DNA of 64,000 nucleotides, taken from NCBI RefSeq assembly GCF_000143415.4, contig NW_003314279.1, positions 1-64,000 of the forward strand. Reading direction: 5' to 3'. The stretch's first letter is position 1; each line of letters begins with the position of its first letter. This stretch comes from Selaginella moellendorffii. Taxonomy: Eukaryota > Plantae > Lycopodiophyta. Below the pieces are notes generated by a model, which ran no database searches, was not told the DNA's origin, and saw only the letters and a list, made by a program, of their open reading frames with translations. The translations under genes were made by a program, and so were the position numbers. Shown here piece by piece: positions 11,627 to 23,898 of the stretch.

Positions 11627-12948
11627 TTACTCGTCCCATAGATCTTCGACTCTCTTGTATGGAGATGTGTCGTTCACCCACATTGTTCCTTTGATCAGCC
11701 TCTCCTGTAGAAAAAGAGAAAAGTCGGCTTGCTTTGAAAATGCGAGTGACAAACCTGTTGGATTCCAGAAAGCTTTTGGAAATCCTCGTCCGGAATGCTC
11801 CATCCGAAAATGTCCAGGTTTTCCTTGAGCCGATCGGGATTGGAGCTCTTCGGAAGGACGCTGTGACCCATCTGGATTCCCCAGCGTAGTGCTACTTGCG
11901 CTGGTGATTTGCTGAGTTTGTCCGCGATCTCTCTGACGATGGGATGGCCGAGGACTTTCGGACCCCAGTTTCCCAAAGGAGAGTACCCCTGACAATAAGA
12001 ATAGCATTGAGTTCCAACGGAAAACGAGATCCAATCCAGGACTTACAGAGAGATGGATGGCTTTGGAGGTGCAGTAGTCGTGAAGAGCCTTTTGCTGCCA
12101 CACCGGATGACACTCAACTTGGTTCACGGCAGGAACGATGGTGGCGTTCGCCAAAAGGTGGTCGATCTTCTTTGACGAGAAGTTGCTCACACCGATTGCA
12201 CGAACTCGGCCAGTGCGCACAAGCTGCTCCATTTTCTTCCAGGTCTCGTCCAGTTGCAAGGGGACGATTTCAGTTTTGCGAGTGCCATCTTCCTGTTGGT
12301 AGTGTTCCTTCACACGAACAGGCCAATGAATCTACACACAAGCATGTCCTCTTGTCACAGACAGAAACAAAGAATCCGGATATCTTACCAAATAAAGGTC
12401 AAGATAGTCCAGCTGCAAATCCTGCAGTGTTTGATCGCAAGCCTCTTGGACACGATCGTGATCAGGGTTCCTGAGAAGATAGAAAAAATCTATTTAGAGG
12501 ACAAAAAAAAAAAAACGTTTCCAAAAACCACAGCTTGGACGTAATCCACAAATCCCCACGCGTCACTGCACCACTAAGGAAGATCTCTTGCAGCGCCAAT
12601 CCAATCTACACATGCATGAACGAAGCGAGTAAGAAAAGAGAAGAGGGAAGAACTCTTAAGTTGTAGAGACATCTTTCTCGTTGCCATAGACGCTCGCGCT
12701 ATCGAAGTGACGATACCCAGCCTGGGAAGAAGAGCAAACAGTGAGCTAGATAGTGCTACGAAGAGAAAAGAAAGAAATTTGATGCTTACAGCGACAGCGG
12801 CCTTCACTGTTGCTCCCGTTTGCCTCTTCTCCTCCTGCGAGTATCCCGGCCACATTCCCAGCCCGATCACGGGCATGCGCCCGCCGGTGTGGAGCTGGAC
12901 ATGCGCCATCGATCCGCCATCTCCAGCGCCATCGTCGCCATGGCCCAT
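11627..12948 (-). CDS. NADPH-dependent aldo-keto reductase (AKR4C-like), copy 2
   Basis: Same exon structure and tetrad as copy 1. ATG at 12948 (MGHGDDGAGDGGSMAHVQ). The intron after SKLW is shortened, with a weak GTTTTT donor at 12528. Confidence 0.85.
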
Positions 12949-13034
12949 CCCTCCCAACCTAAAATTTCTCGAGGGGTTTTAGTTGAAGTTCCACTGCTCA
13001 CGGGTTCTTGAGGCGCCATGTAGGTGGTGGGAGA
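12949..13034. promoter_or_regulatory. 86-bp divergent AKR/aldehyde oxidase intergenic region, copy 2
   Basis: AKR ATG at 12948 (-) and AO ATG at 13035 (+). Confidence 0.6.
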
Positions 13035-16000
13035 ATGGCGCTTCTCTTTGCGCTCAATGGGCGAAAGATCGAGCTCAGCGATGTCGATCCCAGCATGACG
13101 CTGCTGGAATTTCTAAGATGCCACACCGATCTCAAGGGCACCAAGCTCGGATGTGGAGAAGGTAAGTAAAAAACTAGTTTTTTTTACAAGAACTTAGATC
13201 GATCGATCTGGTAGCTCTCTTTTTTTTCTTTCTCGCTGACGATATGATCAAACATCCAGGGGGGTGTGGAGCTTGCGTGGTGGTGGCTTCCCGCTACGAT
13301 GCCTCCACAGACAGCGTGGAGGAAGTTAGCATAAACTCTTGCCTGGCTTTGCTGGGCTCTCTTCATCTCCGCGCCGTGACGACGATCGAGGGCCTGGGGA
13401 GCTCCAAAACTCGGCTCCACGCTGTCCAGCGAAGGTTTCTGGGATTTCACGCGTCCCAGTGTGGGTTTTGCACGCCTGGTATGTGCATGTCGCTCTATGG
13501 AGGCCTCAAGAACCAGCAAAGAAGGGTCTCTGTGGATGGTGGAAAGTATGAAAGTGGTGCTCTAGAGCAGTCGATCCAGGGGAGTTTATGCCGCTGCACG
13601 GGATACAGGCCCATAGTTGACGTGTGCAAGAGCTTTGGAAGCAGTGTAGACGTTGAAGATCTCGGCCTGAACATCTTCTGGAAGGACAGGAAGGATGGTC
13701 GATTGGAGCTTTTGCCGTGCTATGATCCGGGTGACGATCCAAAGTTCCCGGAGTTTCTCAAGCAGGAGATCATTCAAAGGCAATCCGCTAACGTTGTCCA
13801 AGATTCTAATGGCACTTCTGCTATGATCGAGCACGAAAAGTGGATTTGCGCTACGAGCTTTGGACATGCTTTTGGACTGCTCAAACACTTCCAAGCGCGT
13901 TCCAAGACGAGCAAGGAGGTGAAGATCGTGGTAGGAAACACCAGTGCTGGAGTGTACAGGGACTGGGATCATAGCGTCTTCATCGATATCAGCAGGATTC
14001 CGGAGCTCCATGTCGTAGAAGCAAGGAGCGACGGCATTGAGTTCGGTGCTGCAGTGAGCATCGCAAAGCTCATCGACTTTCTCGACGAAAACTTTAAGAA
14101 AGCTGGCAGTGCTATTGCGAAACACTTGAGAAAGGTTGCTTCTCCACACGTTAGAAACGCGGGGAGTGTTGGTGGCAACTTGATCATGGCTCAGAAATTT
14201 GGCTTCGATTCGGACATCGCGACGGTGTTTCTGGGATTCGGTGCTACGTTGAAGCTGCTGGTTTCTCCTGAGAAGCAAGTAATCCAGAGCATGAAAGAGT
14301 TTTTAGAAGGTGGTGGTGGAGTGGATGCTTATCCAAGCTCGTTGCTGACAATGATCTTCTTACCACTAAGATCACATGAAGCGGCCGAGTTTAAGACGTA
14401 CCGAGCATCACCGAGACCTCTGGGAAATGCAGTAGCGTATGCAAACGCTGCGTTTGTCGTTCGCTTCTCTAAACTTTCGTCGGGCTCTTCTCTCTACAAA
14501 GTTGAGAGTTCGAGGCTTGCATTCGGAGCCATTGGTGACAAGCACGCCATTCGTGCTATCCAAGTCGAAGAGTTTCTGAAAGGGAAGATTATCACGGCGG
14601 AAGTGCTGTTGGAAGCAATCCAGATGCTCAAGTCGCTGCTGACTCTAGAAACAAACTCAAGGAGGAAATCGGCCTACCGAGCGGCTCTTGCTGTGAGTTT
14701 CTTCTTCAAGTTCTTCAAACGAAAACTTGGACAAGGTGGCCACCACAAACAATCGATCGCTCGAGATGGTTCTGTTTGCCAGCAAAGCTTGATTCGAGGC
14801 TGCCAGGAACTTCATCAGCGAGACAAGAGACGCGCGCTTGGCCAGCCTTCCGAGAAAACCATGGGAAACTTGCAAGTATCAGGTGACTTCTTCCTCTCGT
14901 TTTTGTGTTTTCTTAACTTTTCCAGTTTGTTCCTCCCAGGGGAAGCTGTTTACGTTGATGACATTGCTTCTCCATGCAACACTCTCCACGCAGCATTTGT
15001 TTGCAGCCAGAAAGCTTACGCGAAGATCAAAGATATCAGCGTGTCTGCCGCAATGGCGTCTCCCGGTGCCGTCTCGTTCATGAGCGTCAAAGACATACCA
15101 TCAGGTGGAGGAAACGTTGGAATCAAGTCGGACCTCGCCAATGAAATACTGTTTGCCGAGGAGATTGTTGAGTGCGTGGGACAGGCAATAGGAATCATGG
15201 TAAGATATTTCACCAGATATCTCATCGGGAAAGCTAAGTTTTTCTTCTTTAAGATTGCCGACACGCCTGCGAATGCGAGAAGAGCTGCGAAACGAGTCCA
15301 AGTGACTTACGACACTGAATCGCTGGGAGAGCCGCCAATTCTCACAATCGAAGACGCTGTGGCGAGAGGATCCTTCTTCCAAATCCCAGCGTGGTTCGAA
15401 AGCACACTGCAAAAGCAGCACGGTGACATATCCGAAGGCCTCGCAAGGGCCGATCATATCATCAAAGACGCGGAGGTACGTAAAACTTTCTTCGTAGAGA
15501 CACAAGGTCCAATTTTTTGGAGAACCTTGTAGGTGAGGATGTCCAGCCAGTACTACTTTTACATGGAAACCAACACAGCCTTGGTCGTCCCAGAGGAAGA
15601 CAATTGCCTGACAGTGTTCAGCGCTTGCCAAGCTCCGGAGCACGTCCAAGCGAGCGTCGCAACCTGCGTTGGAATTCCCATGCACAACGTAAGAGTCATC
15701 ACCAAAAGAGTTGGAGGAGCTTTCGGGGGCAAAGCTTCAAAAGCTTGTCTGGTAAGCAGTTTTTCCGTGATACCATCGTCCGAAACATCACCTTGTTTCC
15801 GATATGTCTACAGGTGGCCGCTGCCTGTGCTCTCGCGGCGTTTAATCTCCAGCGCCCCGTTCGTCTGTGCCTGGATCGAAGAACCGATATGGTGATGATG
15901 GGAGGGCGAGAGCCTTGCAAGGCCGTCTACACAGCCGGCTTCACTTCCGACGGGAATGTCACAGCTCTCCAAGCAAAGCTCTTCATCCAAGCCGGCTGGT

Positions 16001-17619
16001 CCATGGACATGTCGTGGCTTTTCACGGGAAACATGCTCCACGCGCTCAAGAAGTTCAACTGGGGAGTTCTCGACGCCGAGTTCATCATCTGCAAGACGAA
16101 CATTCCCAGCCGGAGCGCCATGCGAGCGCCCGGAGATGGCCAGGGATCGTTCGTGGCGGACACCATCATCCAGCACGTCGCCACCGAGCTCGGCCTCGAC
16201 TTCCACATCGTCATGGAACGAAACCTCCACTCCCTCCACACGGCGGAGGCCTTCTACGGGCGGGACTTCGTAGGTGGCGGCGAAGGATTCACGCTCCCGA
16301 CGGTGCTCCGCAGGCTGAAAGATCGAGCAAGCTTCGAGAGCCGGCTCGAGCTCACGAAAGGATTCAACTCCGCCAACTTGTGGAAGAAACGGGGGCTGGA
16401 TCTCGTCCAGGGAACTTACTTGGTGTTCCTGGTCCCCAAGCCGGCGAGAGCGAGCGTGTTCCTGGATGGATCCGTGGTGGTGGAGGTGGGGGGAGTGGAG
16501 CTCGGCCAGGGACTGTGGACGAAAGTCCGGCAGGCAGCGGCATTTGCACTGAGCGAGCTGTTTGGCGACGAGGAACAGGGAGTTCCAGTCTCCAAGATCC
16601 GTGTCGTGCAAACGGACTCTATCAGTATGCCCAACGGGAGCTGGACTGCCGGGAGCACTGCGTCTGAGTCCAGCTGCGAGGCCGCGAGGATGTGTTGCGA
16701 GGCGCTGGTGGAGAGACTAAAACCCGTGAAGGCGAGCTTGCAAGGGAGTGAAGGAGTTTCCTGGGAATCCATCGTGGCAGCTGTAAGTTCCTTCTTTCTC
16801 GATCGTTTTGTTTCGACTATTCTAAGTCGTTCTTCTCTTCGAACAGGCAAAGATGGCGAATGTAAATCTGTCAGCACAAGAGCTGTATGTGGCTGCCCCG
16901 GAGGCTGCGGCCTATGTTACGTTTGGAGCTGCTGCGAGCGAGGTATGGAAGTGAGATCCATTGCTCAGATCTTCGTCCAAACGTGAGAGATTTCTCGCCA
17001 TGAAACCATCAGGTGGAAGTCGATGTTCTAACGGGAGAGGTGGAGATCTTGAGGACGGATATGGTGTACGACTGCGGCAAGAGCATGAATCCAGCAGTAG
17101 ACATCGGACAAGTAAGCTTCGATCGCCAAAGCTTCCATTCTTCGTGGTAGAAACCGGCAATGAGCACAGATCGAAGGAGCTTTCGCGCAAGGCCTCGGGT
17201 ATTTTGTGAGCGAGGAGTGTGTCATGGACGAGCAAGGCCGGCTCTTGACGGATGGAACTTGGACGTACAAGCCCCCGACCGCGGATAATCTCCCCAAGAT
17301 CCTCAACATCGAGCTCCTCAACAGTCCCGTCCACGAGAAGAGGATACTCTCCTCCAAGAGTAAGAAGTTCTATCTCGGTGCTTTGCCTTGACTGACAGCG
17401 GCATTTCTTCTCTGTCCAGCGGCGGGAGAGCCACCGTTTCTTCTGGCGGGATCCGTTCACGCGGCGATCCGGCACGCCGTTATGTCCGCCCGGATGGACG
17501 CTGGAAAGAAGGAGTTCTTCCAAATGGATGCCCCCGCGAGCATCGATCGGGTGAGAGCTTGGTGTGGCCTGGACAACGTCGAGGACTACTTGGTTGCAAG
17601 ACCATCGAGTGCCCAGTAG
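13035..17619 (+). CDS. Aldehyde oxidase (molybdo-flavoenzyme, AAO family), apparently intact, multi-exon
   Basis: GTKLGCGE|[14 protein letters not shown] and [10 protein letters not shown] (2Fe-2S); VVGNTS and [11 protein letters not shown] (FAD); [38 protein letters not shown] and AGEPP (Moco). Stop TAG 17617-17619. Confidence 0.93.
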
Positions 17620-17645
17620 CTGCCCTGCGATGATCTTTCTTTAGA

Positions 17646-17931
17646 CAGGGAAAGTCGAGGAGTCTAGAGCTTGCTTTGATGCCATGCCGGCTAGTGACGT
17701 AGTTACGTAGAACGCTACGTTTTGCAGCTTATGCCCAAAAAGGGGCATCTTCTAAAGGTGGTAGAGGTGTTGGAAACAATGACGGTATGGAGCTCGACTG
17801 GCTGCAATTTTCTTCTCGCCGCTTGCACGCAAGAATCGGAGTTTGATCAACCGCACGAATTACTACTCCAAGCTGGACCTTGTAGCCTGGGATTCCATGG
17901 TTGCTGTGAATGCCTTTGTGGGGCATCTGGA
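17646..17931 (+). pseudogene. Decayed PPR gene fragment, paralogous to 61437-61728
   Basis: GHLLKVVEVLETMTVWSSTGCNFLLAACTQESEFD aligns to GHLVKALEFLEIMPVWSLAGWNSLLAACAQEKEFD of the PPR at 60719. Contains a stop and frameshifts. Confidence 0.8.
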
Positions 17932-18204
17932 AGCGAGGTGTGCAATTCCTCGAAATATATCCATTATATTTTTTACTCTTGGCTTTTCCCGGTAACTGTA
18001 AGTGATTCTTCTCTCCTTTGTTTCTCATCTGGCTATTCGTCTCGCGACGGAAAAATTTGTAAAGTTTTCTCGGAGAAACAAAGACACTTTCCAGATGTGA
18101 AGAGGGAGACCACATTCCTAGACATTGATGGTAATCTGCCGGCCTTCAACTTTTTTGAAGGTACAAACAGCTATAGCACCTTTACCACCAAAGGTGTGAC
18201 CATC

Positions 18205-19432
18205 TCACTCTGAGAGTTCGGTGAGATCCACGGGATGACTCGGTTCTGCCTGGAACTCGAAACTCTTGCACCAGTCGAGCAGTCCAGAGAAAAACTGGAG
18301 CAAGACCGAGAGCTCGTCCGGGACACACGGAGCGAGACGTAAGTCGGTCCCTTTCACGTCAATATCCTGCTCAAGACATGTCTCCGGGTTGAATCTCTCA
18401 GGCTCGGACCAGATGGATGGATCATGAATGATGACCACATGTTCACCATGGCCGTGGTCCCTGCAGGGACCACGGCCAGCCAAGCTTACGTCGTGAATCG
18501 CCAAACGAGCCCAAGAGAGCAAGGGACCCGGAGGATGCATCCTCAAGTCTCCTTCTACGCCTGTTGGTCAGACTTGGCAACTCCAGTGTTTCCAACCACG
18601 CTAGTGATCTCATTCCGCAACTTCTTTTGGATGGATGACGAGCTCTGCGAGAATCCATTTGGTGAGGAGAGCGACTCTCGGAAAATCATCTCCTGTGAAG
18701 ATTTACCCAAAGAACTAGCGTCGTCGAGCTTGTCCTCACCATCCAAGGAGAGCTAACGAAGTCTGGCTGCACAGCTTTGCTACCCTGCTACCGATGGACA
18801 AAGCTCGTCACACCCGAAGGTTGGAAGGTGTCCTGGGGATCGACTGCCTTGACAGCAGGCATGATCGGCCCAGTTGAACGCACCAAGCAACTCGAAACCT
18901 TCCTTCACCATCTTAGAGAGCTCAGCAGCATCCTTGGAGCCATCCTCGAATCTCCTACCGAACACCGTCTGCATGATATTGTTGAGAGAAGCTCGCTGGG
19001 GGAAGTTCCGAACTCGGACAAGGCTGTGGTTGTCTGCTGCAAAGGTACCCATCATCCTGCTTGTGACACGATGGTTCGTGAGCAGAGAAGAGAGAGCTGG
19101 ACGCAATCCTTCGCAAGTTACGCCGTAATCTCCATAGGGAGCGAAGCCGATTGCTCGTCCAAACGGAAGCTGCTGATCCGACTGCTTGAGAGGTCTGTCC
19201 GCAAACTCGGAGCTGTTGAGCAGCTCTCGTGCCACTTCGATGATCATCCTCGTGTTACTCAGGCTGAAGGCCTCTCGGCGAGCTTACTCCAAGCACTGGC
19301 CATCCTCGGGGCCCCGGATCGTCTGCTTCTCAGCGTTCTCCCCCATGCATTCCCGCCGGGAACTAGCCAAGGAGCGAGGACCGCCGAGACTGCTGCGCAC
19401 GGCCACAGCAGCAGCAACGAATCTCCATGCAT
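18205..19432 (-). pseudogene. Cytochrome P450 CYP78A-like pseudogene
   Basis: WLVPGGNAWG, VARELLNSSEFADRP, FGRAIGFAPYG, RASLNNIMQTVFG, EGFELLGAFNWADH, EMIFR, RMHPPGPLLSWARLA, EPERF, DLRLAP. The heme motif FGAGRRVCPG is mostly deleted; multiple frameshifts. Confidence 0.88.
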
Positions 19433-19713
19433 GATCGGTGAAATGCCGGGCGAAGAAAGGCAGAGTGAGGATCTACCTTTGGATCTAACCCAGAAAACAA
19501 CTCCATGATCCAGGCAAGCAAGGGAAGCTTGAGACACTTTTTGGTTTTGAAGTCGAGCTTGGGTTTTATATATCCTGAGCTGCATGCCTGGAAAAACTAT
19601 TGGGGAAGAACACTGTTTAGAAGTTTGCTTGTTGGTTGCATTGGGCCCTCGAACGACTTTTTTGACAAAGCCGTGTTCTTATTTTCTCTTTTTTTCTTGT
19701 TTCCAGATCGTTT

Positions 19714-20690
19714 TCAGTACAGGCACCGTCCTTGCATCAGCCGCTGAATTGCATTGTTGACATTTTTCAGAGAGTATGCGTCACGAACTCAACCTTGATC
19801 TTCTGTACCCAGCAGGGAAATGAACAAGGAAACAGCATTTTTATACCAGTACCTTGCGAATGTACTTCTCTACGAGTTCATGGAGCTGCGATGGTTTGTA
19901 TCCTCCAAGTATGGTTCCTTTCAAGGCGTGGCCGAAGAGCAACTTTACCGGATCCGTGTCGATAGTTCCTGGTCCGCTTGGAACTCCGGCAACGATGGTT
20001 ACTCCTCAAGCCTGGTAATATTCACATCAGAAACTCGGAGGATTCACAGACGTTGTGAGTGCTCTGGAATGCCACTTGCATCAATGCAACGCTTCCAATG
20101 CACTTGAAGCTGTAGTTTACTCCACCTTGGCTGAGTTCCATTATCACCTGCGAGCAGCCGCAGCACACAATGACGAAGAGCTCATGAATTTTGTCGTGAT
20201 CACGAGGATTGAGGAAGTCTGTGATATGCCTTTGAGTCCAAAACACAAGTAAACTTTCTTCTTTGATTCTATTATCTGAAACAAGCACTCACCCTAGCTC
20301 GAAATATTTTTGAGTTGATATTTACTTCAATAATCCTGGAAGCACCGGACAATTTGGCCGCTTGTGCTATCTGCACTGACACTCGACTCGAGTTGCTAGA
20401 ACACGAGAACTCACAGCCACTCCCACTGTGCCGAGCTCAAAGATCGGAATTGGAAGAGCCTTGATTTGGGAGACAGCTACAATTGATGAGGGTGGCCCAT
20501 GTGGAAACGCAATTAGGTAAGCCACTCTAATAAATAAGTAAAAAGTCCAGATCATGACTTGAATCGAGAAATGTACCCAGCAATTTAAAAGACAAACTTT
20601 GAGAAGGGGAGCTTGTTTGGGGAGCAGCCTTTGTTGACAACGTACCGAAGTTCCCAGACGCTCCATTGCTTGAACCGGGTGTCATCTCCA
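19714..20690 (-). pseudogene. Alcohol dehydrogenase pseudogene (3' two-thirds copy of 26585-27686)
   Basis: Direct nucleotide similarity to the intact ADH including introns. Remnants APLLKVCLL, LGTVGVA, GGVNYSFKCIGS. Deletions and frameshifts. Confidence 0.85.
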
Positions 20691-20811
20691 GCAAGGGATA
20701 CTCCTGCCCACCTGGAAGTCACCATGATACCGAAGGACACGAAGTCCTGCATGGATTTCACAAACTTTTCCGACGATGAACCTCAAGAGCTTGGAGACAC
20801 TCACAGCACAT

Positions 20812-23329
20812 TGTAAAGTTTGAACTGACTGTAGAATCCCCAGAATATTCTCGGAATATTCTTCTGGCACCTTAGCAATTAGGGCACGACTCTTTGCGAC
20901 AAAGGAGAGAAGCGAAGAAATAAAGAAGATGCTGATTCGTATAACTTGACGAGAACGATCTCGAGCAATGGCGATCCTCAAGCGCATCAATCGCTGACTG
21001 CACTGGCGGAGAGAGGCAGCATGTCGTCGATGTAGTTGCCGCCATCGACGCATAGGACATTAGGTCCCTGTTTTCTTTTCCCTTTCTTCATTACTGCCGA
21101 ACCAATTGATTAATAAAAGAAGCTACTAGAGCTTGAGCGAGGGAGCCAAGCCAAGGTAGCGTTGTTAATCATTGGAACTAGACAGCAGAAAGCGTGTTTA
21201 AACCAACAATTCGCACAGTTCGAGCACGAGGAGCGAACCCGGCATCAACAGATTCAGCGGGCAGCCCGTTACGAACGACGTGCAGTTTCGGTTCCACCAT
21301 CTCCGACAGCACAGGCCACTCCAAGTGCCGTGCCATCGTCGCCAACTGCTGAACCGTTTCCCTTCTCTCTAGAAGGGGAGGATTGGGGAGTTTACTGGCG
21401 AAAGCAAACGATCGAAAGCCAGTCATGAGTACCCTGGCCGAGCAATATAGGCGCCAGCCCGGCCATATTGCTCCTGAGTGCCCGAATGCTCGTGCTCCAG
21501 TCAACTACCAGCCAATCTGCGGCATCTGCCACACTCAAGGCTTGCACACTCAGGAAACTTGCGCCAAGAACCAGACCAGCAAAATGAACCTCCGTCGCCC
21601 TCGAGCTTCTCAGAGTCCCGATGTGGACACACACTCTGTGCAGCCTTGTTTTGGAACTCTGGCCACCTTGGCTGTTGCCCAAGCAGCTCGCGCTCCTGCA
21701 GCCCAAGAGCCAGCACCAACTCACCATTCGTTGCGGCTCCTCAAGCGCCAAGCGCGCCTCCCTGAGCGCCAGCAGCAGCGCCAACCTGCATGCCGCCCAC
21801 AAGTGCCCATTTTGCTGCCATCCCCGCAGAGTCCTTCGTTATTTCTGGGTGCTCTAATGAAACGGTTACGTTTCCACGGGCCGACGTCCAGTTTGAGGCA
21901 TTGCCGCCTCTTCCACCTCGTGCTACCATAGTGCCAACACCAGCAGCCTCTCAGCCCATGGCTCCTGTGCCTCAGCATCCCTCCTCTCCACCACCTGCCC
22001 TCACAGCCGAGGAGATTGAGCGAAAGAAAAGATACAAATGGGTGCTCAACCTGGAAACGCGCCTGTATGATATTCTCCGCGACCTGGAGAATCAGATGCC
22101 GTTTTATCCAGCTACTTCATGCAGCACCTGATCTTCGCAAACCAGTTTCTTCTGCACTCCGTGCTCATCACGAAGAAATTGATGTTCAAAGCGTCTGGCC
22201 ATTTTATGTGGATTATGGCCGCTCCAGCTGTGGACGCTGAAATCCAGACACATAAAATCAGTTCTGCCACCATCGACGGTGGCAGCGCAGTGAATCTGAC
22301 GCCGTATGAGACCTATGCTCGCCTGGATCTTCCTGAACCTGCTCCTTCTTTCGCTCAATCTCCTCGGCTGTGAGGGCAGGTGGTGGAGAGGAGGGATGCT
22401 GAGGCACAGGAGCCATGGGCTGAGCGGCTGCTGGTGTTGGCACTATGGTAGCACGAGGTGGAAGAGGCGGCAATGCCTCAAACTGGCCGTTTCATTAGGG
22501 CACCCAGAAATAACGAAGGACGCTTGAGTAGCTGCGAGCGGGGATGGCAGCAAAATGGGCGCTTGTAGGCGGCATGCAGGTTGGCGCTGCTGCTGGCGCT
22601 CAGGGAGGCGCGCTTGGCGCTTGAGGAGCCGCAACGAATGGTGAGTTGGTGCTGGCTCTTGGGCTGCAGGAGCGCGATCTGCTTGGGCAACAGCCAAGGC
22701 GGCCAGAGTTCCAAAACAAGGCTGCACAGAGTGTGTCCACATCGGGACTCTGAGAAGCTCGAAGGCGACGGAGGTTCATTTTGTTGGTCTGGTTCTTGGC
22801 GCAGCCGGTGAGGACAAGTTTCCTGAGTGTGCAGGCCTTGAGTGTGGCAGATGCCGCAGATTGGCTGGTAGTCGACTGGAGCACGAGTATTCGGGCACTC
22901 GGGAGCAATATGGCCGAGCTGGCAGCAGCGAAAGCAAACGATCGAATGCTGAGCTCAACCCCGTCCAGGTACGTTGCTGGTTCTTGCTGGAACAGCAGCA
23001 TAAACAGGGACAAGATCTGGTGTGTACGTATCATAGCACCCCAGAATCCCGGGAATATTCTCGGAATATTCTTCTGCCACCCGGCCACGACTCTTCGCGA
23101 CAGAATATGGATCTTTAAAGAGAAGAAGAGGATGTATAAGGAGAGAGAAGAAATAAAGAAGATGCCGATTCGTATAACTCAACGAGAACAATCTCGAGCA
23201 ATGGCGATCCTCAAGCACATCAATTGCCAACTGCACCAGCGGAGAGAGGCAGCATGTCGAACGATGTAGTTGCCGCCATGGACAAGAGGACATTACGTCC
23301 CTGTTTTCTTTTCCCTTTCTTCACTGACA
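20812..23329 (+). mobile_element. Degenerate, rearranged LTR-retroelement derivative (gag/protease remnants between direct repeats)
   Basis: Direct repeats 20833-21090 and 23043-23323. PBS-like ttggaactaga at ~21172. Zn-knuckle-like GHIAPECP and CGICHTQGLH; aspartyl-protease-like ATIDGGSAVN (~22265-22295). Internal inverted copy. No clean TSD seen. Confidence 0.6.
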
Positions 23330-23898
23330 CTCAACATGGACCTGTGGAAGAACCTCCAGCTATGCTCAAGGAGTGTGTCGAAGTCACAGATTCTTTCCTT
23401 GTTCTTAATTTTTTCCCATGGGCCCGGAGGTGATCAGATGGAATGTCGAGGCATGAAGCTTGTGGCTATGGAGGTGATCAGTTTTGTAGCCTACTTCCAT
23501 GATAACTTATAGGCAGGAGTAAAGGAGGTACATGAAGCGAAGGACGTGCTTGAGGTGAAAGTCTTCATGTCCTCTTTGCATTGCTTCCTTTCTCCACTGA
23601 TGGAGATTATCTTACATGCTCGTATCGGGAGAAGAGCTCCGTGATTATGTTTGCTAGCATGTTGGCGAAGTGAGATCCTTGTGAGAGAAGCATGAGTGTG
23701 ATCTAGATGAGTGTGCGACTAGTGTTTGTGATCGATGCCATGGAGCATGCGAATGCTACTATATATCTAGGTAAATTCAACACTAAACAGTCTCAAACAA
23801 AAACATACCAACTCACAAAGTCTGCCACGGTGAAAATGTCTGTATCCCAAGGTGAAAGCCTTAAGAGAAAATATCTGGTCTTTGCTCAGTCACCTCTG

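Larger units (their letters stand above)
8487..14417. repeat. Tandem segmental duplication, period ~2964 bp (8487-11451 and 11451-14417)
   Basis: ctgtgaaggatcccctcg starts at both 8487 and 11451; gcatcaccgagac ends at both 11451 and 14417. The units are near-identical. Confidence 0.95.

Noticed and set aside
15808-16877. Long alternative-frame or antisense ORFs over AO (also over AKR, TPR-SET and PPR, e.g. 28896-29735 and 60526-61476)
   Set aside because: Shadow ORFs expected from GC-rich codon usage of the real genes.
13035-17619. Xanthine dehydrogenase
   Set aside because: AMRAPG and GQGLWTK with TAGST-SESSC match plant aldehyde oxidases; XDH has AFRGFGGPQ and GQGLHTK.
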